Shown here piece by piece: positions 1 through 18,379 of a DNA stretch of 64,000 bases. The translations under genes and the position numbers were made by a program. The stretch is from contig OZ176053.1 of NCBI GenBank assembly GCA_964247055.1, forward strand, positions 11,408,001 to 11,472,000, written 5' to 3'. The stretch is from Paragordius varius. Its lineage: Eukaryota; Animalia; Nematomorpha. Each line of letters begins with the position of its first letter. Within the stretch, counting starts at the first letter, position 1. The notes below the pieces were generated by a model. It was given only the letters and a program-made list of their open reading frames with translations. It was not told the DNA's origin and did no database searches.

Positions 1-79
1 TAAAATCGTAAACAAAAATTGAATTGTTATACAACAGTGTTTGGTTAAGTAACAATTTCCAAAAATTTATACGCTAAAA

Positions 80-371
80 CAGGGATCATCACAGATTTCG
101 CGTGCCGTATTTTTAACTCAAAAAAACAGGTGGGCCGATTCACAATATATATGTGGGGATTAATAATTATTTTATGTTGCAAACAAGACTGTAAAAAGCA
201 AAACAATGTTTTTAGGTTTGTTGCCAATTGGATAAGTTTTTTCAGGAATTTTTTTAAAAAATAACAACAATTTTATTAAGATTTTGAGAGCATAATTTTA
301 CAAATTGTGTATTTCCAAATTTTTCGTGGGCCGCACATAATATTTCCGAAGGCTTTGGGTTGACACCCCTT
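80..371. mobile_element. hAT-type MITE (CAGGG..CCCTG terminal family), degenerate copy
   Basis: It ends in GGGCCGCACATAA...GTTGACACCCCT and shares internal sequence with the copy at 40253-40538. CAGGG termini with subterminal GCGGGCCGC are typical of non-autonomous hAT elements. Confidence 0.55.
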
Positions 372-506
372 GTTTAAAAGGGTATTTTCAGAGGGCAATG
401 CTTAACAAAACAGGCAAATTTAGAAGTCGCCAAACTTTAAATCTGTATATTTATTGTAAATGAATTATCAGGATATAATTTTTAAAATTTTTTTAATTAA
501 ATATAC

Positions 507-4809
<4,303 letters not shown>

Positions 4810-5603
4810 TATATTTTAAACAAATGTTAATATTTTTAAATATAAATTTATGTGAAGCGGTTATTAATTTTCATAAAGCAATTAATTATATGAGACAATA
4901 TATTCAATATTAATTATTTATTTGGATCTATTATAAAAATGCAATAAATATGCAAAAATATGGTATATAATATTATCCCCAAAAGACGAATTAATAATGT
5001 ATTAGAAAAATTATTTGGTATAAATGGATATAGAATTAGCACTAATATAAATTACAAATTGGTTACTTGAATTTATGGCATCAAAGGATTTAAGGAATAT
5101 CAGAATTAGACAGCTTTGCAGGATAATCATTTTTTGATTTGATAAAATATTTATTTGACAAAAAAACGGTATGCGTAAAAATATCAGAAAATGCGACTTT
5201 TATATAAAAAAATATGTGACACTTTTTTTTACAAACTAGAAATGTAAATAAAAATGAAAAACTTAGTTCTCTTTCTATTTAATTTTTGTTTTTTTATTTT
5301 TCTGAAAGAAAGTATATTACAACTTTACAAGAATTAGTATAAGAATTAAATGGGGATAAATTATTATAAATTAATTTTATGTGTAAATGTGAGAAATAAA
5401 CAAAATTATGCATATGTATAACATTGTAATGAAAATTTTTTATTTATGCTATCATTATTCAAATTTTAAAAACAGTATAAACATTTTTATTTTATAAAAC
5501 GATATGTGCAGGTTAGCCGCCGCCGATGACTTAGAGTTCGAGGAATATTTTATCAGCAATTAAATGAGGAAAAAATCGGGATTAAAAATTTTAATATTTT
5601 TTA

Positions 5604-6030
5604 TTATAAGGTTATAACTATTTCACAACATTTATCTAAAAATGGGTACAAAAATATTTGACCATGTTCGGCATATATGTATACATTATATTGTAAAAAT
5701 TTGTTGAATTTGCTTTCCATGCTATAAAAATGTCTCAAAATCAGCATTTTATAACTATAATATATAATGACTGCTGTAGTCACGAGATTTGAAAAAAACT
5801 TTATGGAAAAGGACAAATTTTAAATTTTTTTATACGCTTCCTCCAACAACATGTGGGGGACTTTTCCTTGAGATTGATAATGGATGATCTGCTTAAAACT
5901 GTTTAAACGGAAAGCAAATTCAAAATCACCATATTTGGCTAAAAAGGAAATATATATGGAGCCATTCTTGAATTCGGACGAATCTGCAGGTCCGGAATAT
6001 TACTCAATCAACTTGATTTTTTGTTCGCAT
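5604..6030 (-). mobile_element. Decayed Penelope-like reverse transcriptase fragment
   Basis: A stop-interrupted frame reads ..FKQIIHYQSQGKVPH..IKFFSNLV..YAEHGQIFLYPFLD. This resembles the PLE motifs Y-Q-x-x-G and FTxExE..LPFLD. Confidence 0.4.
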
Positions 6031-7269
6031 TAGAGGTTAATTTAAAAAGCGCTCATCTATATTTAAACCTGATACAAAGACGTAAAATCAATAATGAATT
6101 CAGATTATTTATCATATATTGGTTTAAAATATTTTTTAGGACTTAGTTTTTTTGGCAAAAAAATGCATTTTTATGGAAAGAGCGGCCAGACCCAGGGTAT
6201 TAATTAATAGGGTTCCGTCATTTGGCAAACTCATAAAAAAATTAGTAAATAATCTTTTTATAGAATAACCTTTTAAGCGATCCTATTATATGAAATATTT
6301 ATTAAATAAGTCATAATTTACTGAATATAATTCTTTATATTTAACCAGTTTATAGAGTGTTTAATTGAATACAACCGTTAGCATTTTTTGAACCTTAAAA
6401 ATAATTTTGACCCCGTTAAAACTGGATCTCTGAACAAAACTTTTTCAAACAAATCAAGGTTGTTTGCGTAAAATGTCGCTTATGACTAAAAAAAAGTGAG
6501 AGCAGACTACTTTAACTATATAATTTTCCAACCTGACACCTTTCACAATTAGAATCTTTGATCTTTGAAGAATTTAACAAATCAATTGCTATAGTCTTTA
6601 GCCAGTAATTGTGTAATGATTTAGAAACACAGCTATTTCAGAGAGCTGCTTAGCACTTCATGACCTTTTCACTTTTTTATCCGCGATGAAATATTTAATT
6701 ATATTAAAATTAAAAATTTTAGTCATTTATTATGACACATTTTTCTCATGTAATATAAAAAAACTCATCTTTTTTTCATTTTTGTAACGTCCAAAGTCTA
6801 AAATTAGGATATCCTTGAAACACGGTTGATATAAATAGCTGATTTTAACAATTTTTTTGCTGGAAAATGCAACTTGAAAGATTATAAAAGTTAATTATTT
6901 AAATTTTCTAACCATAATATACACTTATTTGCCTATTATATATACCGATAGCCTCAGCCGTAAACTATCTATCGTCAGCCGTAAACTATTCATCGTCAGT
7001 CGTATAAGAGGAAAAATTTAAGATTAGGATCTTTTTACATTTTTACATTTTTTTTAATTACTATGCGCCAAAGGCTAAAGACAACAATTTTTTAAATCGA
7101 ACTAATAATTTACACACTTTTTAAAATGCTCGAATTTTAAATGGCTCTTGCTAAACCCCAAAATATCATTAAGTGTTAAATTGGTATTACAACAGCCAAA
7201 TAAATATATATTGTTCAATTAATAATTAACTTTAACTACATTTTAATAACAATTTTTGATGATTAATTT

Positions 7270-7680
7270 AAAGTCAGCTGTTTGTGGCAATCAGGCTTCG
7301 AAGCTAAAACAATTGGGGACTTAGAAGTAGAAAACTTGTAAAATATATATGATTTTTTGTAGATTTGAAGAGTAAAACATTTGATGATAAATTTTGACAA
7401 AAACTATAAAAGAGTAGTTTATTTTAAACTAATAGTGATAGAAGGCTAATACAAAATATAGTCATTTACATAGAAAGAAATATAAGAAGTGTTGAGCCCT
7501 AAAAAATATTTGTTTTACTTTTGTTAAGTTGTTGTTTACCACCTTTATCTAATAAGTATTGTAAATTATGATACTATTGACCCAAATTCTTTAAACATGC
7601 AACTTAGTATTCGGATTTTATAACTTATTTGAAAATTCTCAAAAACCTAAATGCCTTACATTTGCTGATACATACACAGT
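7270..7680 (+). mobile_element. Possible very old LINE RT relic
   Basis: Fragments read FVDLK..FD and FAD across frameshifts. The match is weak and motif-only. Confidence 0.2.
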
Positions 7681-8618
7681 ATTCACAAAAAATATCCTGA
7701 TATAAATATATTTTCTGAAATTCAGAATTTGGTGCTTTTGATTTTGACCCTTACAAATATAGAAATTTATTTACACTTTTGTTGTAACTGCTCCATATTA
7801 AATAGCAAATGGGCACATTTCGAATGAAGTTTTTCCGTGAAAGATAAATGCCTTATTCCAAAAAATATCTTAAATATATTATAAACTACCTTGAGAAAAA
7901 TACAATTTTATGAAAATTTCCATTTAGATATAAAGTCCACCCGAATTCGCCTTTCTTTTTATTGATCAACCTTTTATCACTTCTGATTTAAATTTATTGT
8001 CTTTTAATTTATGTTCATTATAATTTTACCTCAAAGTTATGCAAAGTATTATTTAAACTCTGAGCTGACAGAAATTTCTAAGTTTTTTCTTACATTTAAA
8101 AACATGCTTCTCAAAAAAGTTTGTTACAAATGAAATTTCGACAATTTAGTTTTATACTCCTGGGGGATTTCGTAAAACATCTTGAAAAATATTTTTAATT
8201 GGGACTATAAGAAGACTCTTCTTAAGTTTAGACCTATGGTAATTTATAAAACCAAAATTGTAAAAAAATCTTGATCGCAAACTTTTCGCAGCCGTTTTAA
8301 TTTTTTGTAAATACATTACTTAATACCGTATTCAATTAACAGCAAATTTATTATATAAATTTTTCAGCTGTTCGTTTCAATCGTGTTTTGGAGTATTAAA
8401 ATTTGCTAAACGTTAAAAAACTGTTAAAAGGAGAGAATAGTTTAATAATTTATTTTTAAAACTTTAAACAGTAGTGTGCTAACTACTTTAAGCTGTGGCC
8501 ATATAATGCTTTGTAATATCATCGCGCACAAAATAAAAATTTATATTTTAAAGACCTTACAGAAATTACCATATGAGTTAATTAAAAAGCGTAATTACTG
8601 GTCCACGTTAAGTCAAGT

Positions 8619-11600
8619 ATGATTCCACAAGCTCTGCTTCGTGAATATCTAGAAATTCCTTTGATTACTCGAATATATACAACAGCTTGCTTTTTTGTAA
8701 CTTTGGCGGTGGTAAATATTTCTTTAAATTTTAGCAATTAGATCTCATTACCCCATTTCAAATATATTTCAATCCCTCCCTTATATTTAAAGAATTTGAA
8801 ATATGGAGGCTTTTCACCAACTTTATGTTTTTTGGTGTATTTGGATTTAGCTTTTTATTCAATATGATTTTTACGTTTCGATATTGTCGAATGTTGGAAG
8901 AGGGCTCGTTTCGTAACAAAACGGGTGATTTCGTAATGATGTTTTTGTTTGGAGGCGCACTCATGACAGTAAATTATTTTTCTATTTAATGATTTTTAAT
9001 TATAATGGAAATCATTACTTATTTTCTCTTTAAATTTTTATGGGTTATTGAACCAAAACTTAAATAATCATTCACACTATAAAATTTATTAAAAATATAT
9101 AATCAAAAATATATATATTTTTTTCCTTTTTAAAAAGGATACCTTGATTTTATTAGGACTTATGTAAGCCTTAACTCTCGCCTGCCCAAAACTGACTGAT
9201 GAAAAATTGCGCAGTTTCGGGTGTCGAATTCTGTTACACCACACAAACAGTGTAAGAGTCAAACATCCTACCTTTATACCAGATTGTTTAGCACAAATGG
9301 CTTTGCGGGCCGCATTTACTACTCAAGAAATCTGACAAATCGCATTCGAAATATATATAAGCATTGATGAGCTTATTTATTTTAGACTTGAAAATTTAAA
9401 TGAATTATGAACAATTCATATAATTTTAGCTGAATTATAATTGCAATATTATAATTTAATTTATTACTTTTACCCATCCAAAATTTGGATATACTTACAA
9501 AACTGTTTGATAAATTATTAAATCATTGTAAGTAAAAATTTTTATATTTGATAGATTTTTAAAAAACTTCTCACGGGCTGCAAAAACATTTCGGTTTTGC
9601 CCACCCCTGTATTATATTATACTTTTTGAAAATTTATTAACATTTCTTCTTTCATTTCTTTGTGGCTGATTACAATTTGGGGTAGTACCATAAATTTTTA
9701 AATGAACTCTTGTTTTGGTTAATATCATTTTTCAAACATTTTCTCCGGAATTAGATAGAAACTTATATATAAATAATTTAACATTTACAAAAATGCCAAT
9801 CTTATGATTTTTATAATATTACCTTTTGCATTTTTTTCTTTGTTTTTTTGGGAAGAGGGAGGGAGAACACAACAATTTTTTTGTCAATTTGGTAGGGTGA
9901 AAACAAAAAAAAGGTTGGGAACCGCCGGATAAGCATATTACTTACCACTAAATGAAAAAAATATTTATTATTAATTATCACTGAATAATGAATAAATAAT
10001 AACAAAAACCAGGGATAATTATTGTTAATAATGCATTTTTTTCTTATAGATGATAGCAATATATGTCAATGTTTTATTTCTTGGACAAGCTTTAACCATG
10101 ATGTTAGTTTATGTGTGGAGTCGAAGGAATCCATATGTTAGAATGAATTTTTTTGGTCTTTTAACATTTCAAGCACCTTATCTTTCCTGGGTCATACTTG
10201 CATTTTCAACGTTGCTTGGAAATTCTATCCTCATAGATGTTATAGGTAAACAATTTTGTCATTACGTTAAAATTCAATTAGTATCTCTAACTTTTTGAAA
10301 AAACTGCGTTATTAACATAAATTTAGCCATAACTTAATATATAAGGTGAATATGAAATTTTTGTCTCTTTGTAATTGCTGACTAATTTCTATTTATATAC
10401 CATTTACAATTCAAATACACTATTGAACAATTCAAATTTACCCTCGAACAGTTCAAATTCACCCTAAAAATGAGTTATGTGTTATCGGGTTAATATAACT
10501 AATTATTAATATGAAATATATCTTTATGGCTTAGTTTTTATTCTTTCGGAATTATTTTAATTTTTAACAAAATTTTATTTTTTAAAAATATAAAAAAATA
10601 TAGGTAATACTTAATAAAGGGTAGTCCACATTTGGAGTTTTCGTATCACGAAGTAATTCATATAATCTGAGGCGATTTTTTTACCTAACACATGCCCTTG
10701 TGCAACTAATGATTTTACAGATCATTAGAAACTGACCTTTGCCGTTAGCGCATTTTCATGTCTCAGCCAACACTGTGGAAAGGTGGCAATAGGACTTTGT
10801 AACAAACACATAATTTATATTTTAGGGTAAATTTGAAGTGTAATGGTATATATAATTAATATAAACCCAACTTTAACAATTTTAAATTATTGCTATTTAA
10901 GAAGTATTTATTTGCGTTTTCCAATCATTTTTAAATTTAATATCAAACTACACGCCCATATGTGCAACTTTTGAATTGACCAGGGGTCTCCGACACGCGG
11001 CCCGCGAGTAAATTTCAATATTACCAAATAAATACGAATTCCACAATTCACGAAAATGTACTCACAATACACTTAGTAAAATTGCTATTTTTTAACCAAG
11101 TTTTTAGGATAAATTTTCAATCAACAAGGAAATAATAAATCCCTTTATTATTATGCAATTATTTTCAGTCTTATGTTTTTGTAAATTTAATAGATTACAT
11201 ATTATTGCCCATATGTTTTTTAGGAAGCGGCCCGCGAAGCCATTTGTAATAGACACCCCTGTTATAAATTTTTTATAGTCTTTTCCTCATGGCAATAGGA
11301 ATTTGTTGGCTAAAATTTAATTAGGCCATGCTATTTATATCCTTATTAATTCTCTGTAGGTATATCCGTTGGCCACATATATTATTTTCTTGAAGACGTT
11401 TTCCCCAATCAACCCCAAGGTTTTAGGGTCCTAAAAACTCCACAATTTATGTAAGCCAGTCATCATTTGTTATAATATTTTTTCTAACGGGAAACTAATT
11501 TAAAAAGTTTTTTCTTTTTATACAAATAATTTAAGCCTGGTTAATTGAGAGGACATAAATTTATGCCTATGTTTCATGATAATTTTATTTTAAATATTAA

Positions 11601-12031
11601 TCAAGTGGTAATAAAGTTTATTCCTATTTGCTAAGTGATACTTATATGATTGTCATTTGTTTTTTTAAGAAAATTATAACTAGTCTGATCGCTATAAGAT
11701 GCAATCATAAGTAATCATTATGCCACAAATGTAAATATATGTTGTAAAAAAAGTATACTGTTTCAATTGGTTTCAATAATGTCAAAATTAATTAATGATT
11801 TTTTACCACATATTGAAAAAATGTTTGCTTAATTATTTATATGAGCGGTTAAAAATTACGGTGATTAATGAATGCATTTATAACCGGTTAAACCAGACCC
11901 TAATCACATTTAATTTTTTTGAATTTCTCAGAAATAATTTCTTTGAAATGCGTGACGATCTACAAACCCATAATCTTCCAGAAGAATATGAACTTATACC
12001 AGAGGACAGAAGGCCTCCCCCACCACCCTAA
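8619..12031 (+). CDS. DERL2: Derlin-2/3 (ERAD rhomboid pseudoprotease)
   Basis: Exons are 8619-8711, 8735-8968, 10050-10245, 11360-11450 and 11932-12031. They give [81 protein letters not shown], ending in TAA. Confidence 0.97.
8712..8734 (+). other. 23-nt GT-AG micro-intron (DERL2 intron 1)
   Basis: The intron is gtaaatatttctttaaattttag. Removing it joins ..VTLAV to QLDLITPFQ without a gap. Retaining it shifts the frame into TAG. Confidence 0.92.
9280..9609. mobile_element. hAT-type MITE in DERL2 intron 2
   Basis: It has a 5' ACAAATGGCTTTGCGGGCCGCATT motif and a 3' CACGGGCTGCA..TTGCCCACCCCTG terminus. Confidence 0.6.
10398..10848. mobile_element. TA-flanked MITE with TACCATTT(A/G)CA(A/C)TTCAA terminal inverted repeats
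   Basis: TACCATTTACAATTCAAAT is matched by ATTTGAAGTGTAATGGTA at the other end. Subterminal TTCAAATT(T/C)ACCC repeats are present, and the interior is shared with 54267-54478. Confidence 0.65.
10981..11261. mobile_element. hAT-type MITE in DERL2 intron 3
   Basis: It runs CAGGGGTCTCCGACACGCGGCCCGCG ... GCGGCCCGCGAAGCCATTTGTAATAGACACCCCTG, so both termini are present. Confidence 0.75.
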
Positions 12032-12889
12032 GACATTATTCATGTGTGTGCTCATAATTGTGAAATTAAAGTCACTTTAATAGTGTAATTAAGCAGGATA
12101 CAAAAATGGATCTTTGCTAAATTTCATTAATAATAGATTTTTCCAGACAAATGTAAGATTTGTACAAATATTATATCTATAAATCAAAACCAATAAAAAT
12201 TCTATGTTTCATATGTAATAATGCTTTTCTTCACAATACATCCTTATGCTCCAAATCTTGTACTTTTACATTATTTTACATTGCATAAATATATTTTATT
12301 GTATAGTAAAATAGTCATTTATTTTATATCACTTTATTTAATAAATTAAAACTTATGGTTTTCGAAAAAATAATGTTTAATACATAAAATGTATATATAT
12401 ATATATTTATATATATAATTATCACAGAAAAAATTTGACTTTGTGAGGAGACTTAATTTTAGGTACATTGATTGGGATATTTAAATTGTTTGATTAGATT
12501 ACGAAAAATATAAAAAGACTAAATAAAGATTTTGAAATTGTTTTTTTGATAAGATAAATGTTAATTTGTGGATAATAAAAATCCTAAGATATTTAAGTAA
12601 TGCGCAAATATATGTAAAAATTAATGTTTTTTTGTAAGGTCTACACGTATAATTTATTATAAAACAAATTTAGGCTTTTAAATTGGTTAAATTTAAGGTC
12701 TCATAACCTAACAATTTATTAAAAAATTTATGAAAAAAAAAATAAGTATTTAGAATTAGGATAATCTTTTCTTTTATTATAGGTGCGGGCGGGTCTTTAT
12801 ACTAAAAACTTTAACTTTATACAGTTTGCGCCTTTAAATTTTACTTTGTTAAAAAATTTAACATTCATTCTCAAAAAACATTTTTTGTG

Positions 12890-15885
12890 TTACACACAAT
12901 TATTTTGTGGATTGTTTTGAAGGGGGGATCTTTGTTTAGCATCACCATTGTTAAGATTAGATGGTTTAGAAAAACTTCCATGTCTAAACACGTGTGGATG
13001 TTTGCACGTATCAACTATGGTGTTTTTCATTTTATGAATAACGGCACACGGATCACTAGCTTTCATGATAGCCGTCCCAGAAACGATCATATTGGCACCT
13101 GCGGTTAGGCATTCAGATATATTGTCAAGACTGACACCCCCATCAACTTCGATGGGTAAATCGTGATAATTTTCTCGTAAATACTCAACCTATGAGACAA
13201 AAAAAAGAGTTTTAATAATTAAATATTCGATATTCTGTAAGCTAATCAACTTTGATGGATTCATAATATTCCGGTACATGTTTATACATAAAAGGAAGGA
13301 TTTCAAAAAATTATCTGATATTCTATAACTTTATAAACTTCGATGAGGAAATCGTGGTAATTTTCGCGTAAATATTCACCTAAGACGCGGAAAATTAAAA
13401 AAATGGTTATCAAGTTGTGTAAAAATAATTTTAATGAGTATAATCTTAAAGAAAATCAAACAACTATGTCATAATTATATTTTTATTGCGACGGCATCAA
13501 TGGGTATCATTGTGAAAAGCAGATTAGAAATACAATACAAGCGAGTTTTAACACGCTTTTATTCAAAATTTAATTAAGGTTATTGAAATGTATATAGATG
13601 TGAGAGGATATACAAAACTCTTCGTAATCTTAACAAGTTAAAAAATTCGTTTGTACCATATGCGACCTTAAATAAATTTAAAATTTAACAATGTTATATA
13701 AATAGGTATTATTAGTTTGGCCCAGATACTGGGATTCGATAGATTAGTTTACGATATATTCTCTATCTTTTGTTGCGTTTCAAGGTATGTTTAGGTACAT
13801 AATAAACTAAATTAAAAAATCAATAATAGCTATTAATATAATTTAAATTGTGATTTTAAATTAGGTTAAAAGGTTAAAGAAAAAAATAATCTTAAAAAGT
13901 ATTAAAAAAACATATTGCTAATTATAATATTTACTCAATTTTACATAATTTTATAATTCATTCCCAAATAATATATTATTTAATGTGAAAACTTTTGGCA
14001 TCATATCCCCCATAAATTTTTGACCCCCAAAACCAGGTTCAACTGTCATGATTAAAACCATATCGACCGAATTAATGTAAGGCGTAAGTACAGAAACAGG
14101 TGTTTTAGGTTTAATAGCTATTCCAACTTTCATTCCAGATTCTCTGATTTTGCGGATACAGTTGTTAGCATCAGAAGTCGCTTCGTAATGGAAAGTGTAG
14201 AGTTGAGCTCCTGCATCAGACATACAGGTAATCCACTATCAGAATAAGAGAAATAAAACAAAATTTATAAAAGTAAAAGGTTATAACGCTTTAAAAGATA
14301 CCATTATTTATTAATTTTATATATAACCTAAGATAATTGGAATTATAATATATATATTTTTGAGTTTCCTATTCACATTTTTTACATGGCATTAGGGAAA
14401 GAATATTGAATGTTTATATTATTAGTCTTGTGTTACATATGTATAACACTGGACAATAAATTTTTTTGCCACTCGAGTTTTTAGAATTTTCTGATATTTA
14501 GTATCATTTTAGCAGTAAATCTGAAATAAAAATCATAACTTGTTGGAAGAATTTTGTATAATTTGATTTTTTTGATTATGCGCCCTCTTTATCAAAATTT
14601 TACTAAAAAATATTTTTCTTTGAAAATATACAAGTAATGCCCAAATATATCATTCGAAAGAGTAATAAAAACTCTAAAAATGCATACTAATATGTATTAC
14701 ATCGACAGTTAATATTGGACACAAAGAGCAACAAACGCGCGAAGCGAGAGCATTTTTTTTAATTATTATATTTTTAAAACTAATGGATGAAAATAGCTCA
14801 AACTTTGTTTAGATGGTGATGAATGTCCAAAAAAGATAACACAAGAAAGTTTTTTTGATTAAAACATTTTATTATTGCTTTTAGTCACTAAAAACAGCCA
14901 TTTTTAAGTTTTATGTTTTTTAAAATTACCATCTCATCAAGATTAATTTATTTTCTTTACAGGGCTGATAATTTCGAAATTTTAAAGATAAAAACAAAGT
15001 GTAAGGTATTTTTGATCTTTTACAGCCATTATGTAATAAATTTACAGTTATAACTATGCATTTTAGTATCCACTAGGTAAAATATTTATGATAATAATAA
15101 TTTTTATTAAAAAAGCAAACCAAAAGCTTTTTCAGACATTTTTTTTTAAATTAAATACTAATATAACCCTAATAATTATATTAAAATAATTTATATGATT
15201 TTCAAATCAGTTTGTCTGTAAAAATTATTGACTTACTTAAGGATTGAAAATTTTGACCATTTAAATCCAAATAACTTTTACATCCGATTGATTTAAATGA
15301 CCTACTACCATTTAAAAGATGCAGTTTTTTGCGCTCTTTCGAATGATATAAAATACATGGCTTCATATCTAAAACTTTTACTTTTCGAAATTTCGAGTTT
15401 AATGTTAAATAGGGGCCAAAAATTATCGATAAACTCTAATATAAAAAATTCTTCCATGCTAGACCAATTTTCTTTTCAGATATACTAATTATGTACTTTA
15501 ATGAAATAAATTTTAAATTTACAAGAATGGCAGTTAAAAAAGTTAAAATTTGTTGTCTAGTGTAATTTTCATGTAAAAAATAATTAAAAAAGAATAAAAA
15601 ATAACGCATAATTACTTTTTCTGGTTCAGAAACCATCATATGCATGTCGAAAGGGGTATCAGGTAGATTTTTACGCAAACATTTGACCATAGAACAACCA
15701 AAAGTAATGTTTGGAACAAAATGACCATCCATTACATCTAAATGAATATAATCGGCTCCTTCATTCATCATCCTTTTACATTCGTAAGCTAAATTCGATA
15801 AGTCTCCATTTAATATAGAGGGGCCGATTTTACAATCATCACAGCTTTTTGCAAAATGAAAATCGGGCAATTTTGTGTTACTCAT
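12890..15885 (-). CDS. RPE: Ribulose-phosphate 3-epimerase
   Basis: Exons are 15885-15616, 14235-13993 and 13189-12890. Motifs are [62 protein letters not shown] and [12 protein letters not shown]. Confidence 0.97.
14447..15562. mobile_element. ~1.1-kb MITE with CACTRGACAA terminal inverted repeats, in RPE intron 1
   Basis: The ends are CACTGGACAA and TTGTCTAGTG followed by TA. It is the inverted high-similarity homologue of 30108-31230. Confidence 0.85.
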
Positions 15886-16706
15886 TAACCGTATTTATTA
15901 AGGTCACATTGATGTATTTTAAACAGGTGATTTTTATATGAAAATTTAAAAAAATCTTAGTTTATGTAAAAAAGTACGAACGCTAATAAAATTGATTTAG
16001 TGTTAAAAAATATTAATTTTCATTCATAGGTTATCAAATAAAGAATACATTTATATATTTTTTATTTTGAAAGGGAAACTCTCACTTTTAAAATTAAAAA
16101 GGGGGTCTTGCCGCATCTAAAAAATAACCTCAAGCAACTGATTTTTAATAGTTTCCTATCAACAAGTTCCTTATAAATATCTTTAATACTTATTATGGTA
16201 GGAAAATGTATAGGTCTTTTGGTATCGTCCCTAAAAGTGATTTTAGATTAGTTACACTTCTGGTAGCTGGCCAAAACCAATATCACTATAATAATCCTTA
16301 TAAATTTTTATAACAGAATATACTGATTTTGGACGCAGTGTATTATGAAAGATCTTAGCTATAATATTAATACTATTCAAAATATTAAACCCTTATATAT
16401 CAATAAACCTAAATTTTTAAGCTTATATTTTAAAGCTTCGATATTTGTAAGGGTACTAATAAAATAAAATTTAAATTAAAATTAAAAGTTTTTATAGAGG
16501 TTTATATGTAGAAAACTGTCGCATCGGTTTCAAAAAGTTAGTTGGCGCACTAGTTAATAGCCATTTTCTAGTGAAAACTTCTTATATTGCGACTCAAAAC
16601 TTGTTATATATACTTATCGTGTCGAGTAGTAGCGACGCGTGGGCACAACTATCAATATATAGCATCAATTATATAATTTATTAAATTTACCAATTTGTTT
16701 ACTAGT

Positions 16707-17952
16707 TGGATACAACACATTCATTTCATTCCTTTGATTCAATTGGGATAGTTGGATACCCCAGGCCTATTTAAAATTATATTCTTTAAAAATTAAGGAA
16801 GGAATCGAAACCATGGGAAAATTTTGCCCTTATATAACATTAATAAACCGAAATATATAAAAAATTTTATTCAAAAATTTATTTAAAGCTAAAACCGAAA
16901 GGTAAAAATTTCGTCAACGTGACATGTGTGAAATGGTAAAATTAAAAAATAATACAAAATAAACCGTTTTTTCTATTTCTATCAATGGTAGATGTAATTT
17001 TAATAAAAAATTAGCTTAAATTTTACCCTTAAAATTAAATGAAGACAATATTTTGCAAAAATTTGTAAAATAAAAATGGCGTCGAAGTAATTTGACATGA
17101 TTTTTTTTTAATAAAACAAAATTATATTTAGATATTTTGACATATTTATATAATTTTTATTAGGATAGAAGCATAAATTTAAATTAAGACCGTTTCCTTC
17201 CGTAGTTTTTTAAAAATACTAATTTAAATTTTGTCTGGGGTATTTCCCAAATTGAATCGGAGTGTTAAATTGGTTATACGCTAATTATACTAGCACATAA
17301 CCTTTATATTATTTTTGTAGATGTTTGCATTTGGGGAACCCAGAGCTTAAAATTACTAATAAACTACTGTGTAAGTTTTAAATAAAATAACCAAACATTA
17401 ATCTTTTGAATCTTAAAAAGCGTTTTTACATCTAGAGCCCGAAATCGGTTTCAAAAGCCAATGAAAACAAACAGCTGATTTGAAATCACATGGGGTACCT
17501 AAATACTTCAGACAATATTTACGTTGATATTTTATAAAACTGCTAAAAGAAACGGTTTCAATTTAACTTTATGCCTCTATCCTGATAAAAATCATACAGA
17601 TAAGCCGAAATATGAAAAGAAGTTTCATATCAAATTACTTGAACGCCATTTTTACGACATTTTTGCAAAATATGGTTGTTTGAAAGTTTACGTTTTTTAT
17701 TAAAATCGCATTTAATATAGATATAACAGAAAAGTTATTATGCTTTATTTTTATATTTAGCTTGTGTTTCAAGTTTTTTAAATTTGGTGAATAACTAATA
17801 ATTTTGAATTATTTTTTTAATATTTCATTGATGTAGGTGCAAACATTTGCAATGGTTTCAATTTATTCCATATCTTTTATATTTCATTTTAAACAAGCCT
17901 GTGGTATCTAATACCCCAATTTAAATCGAAGGAAATGAATGTGTTGTATCCA
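16707..17952. mobile_element. ~1.25-kb foldback-type element with long imperfect inverted arms
   Basis: TGGATACAACACATTCATTTC at the left is matched by GAAATGAATGTGTTGTATCCA at the right. The inverted similarity continues several hundred bp inward. Confidence 0.7.
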
Positions 17953-18379
17953 TGTGTTAATAATTTTCCAATAATTTATTTTGTCTTATAAATATAAATT
18001 AAATTAGAAAATACAATGAGTTAATTGCGTTATCATTTTTATGAGTTATTTTAATTTAAATCCATATCCATCAGTTTGGAATTTAAATCCCAAAAAAGCG
18101 ATTTTGTTCAAAATCATGCTGCTTTCATATTATTTTTGTGTTATTTTCTTGAATATAAGATAGATAATTTGTTATGGTATGGTTTATTGCGAGATCCAAA
18201 CGCTTCAATAAATTAATAAAATTTTTATTAGCGTGAACATATTGAGAACTTGTTTGATTATCATTATAATTTTTAACAGGATTTCTTGCCGCCTTTTGAA
18301 TGGCTTTTTTCGAAAAATGTTTAATGTATGCTAATTTGTGAGGTACACTGTATACAAAGCAGGCCGAATTATCTATAAA

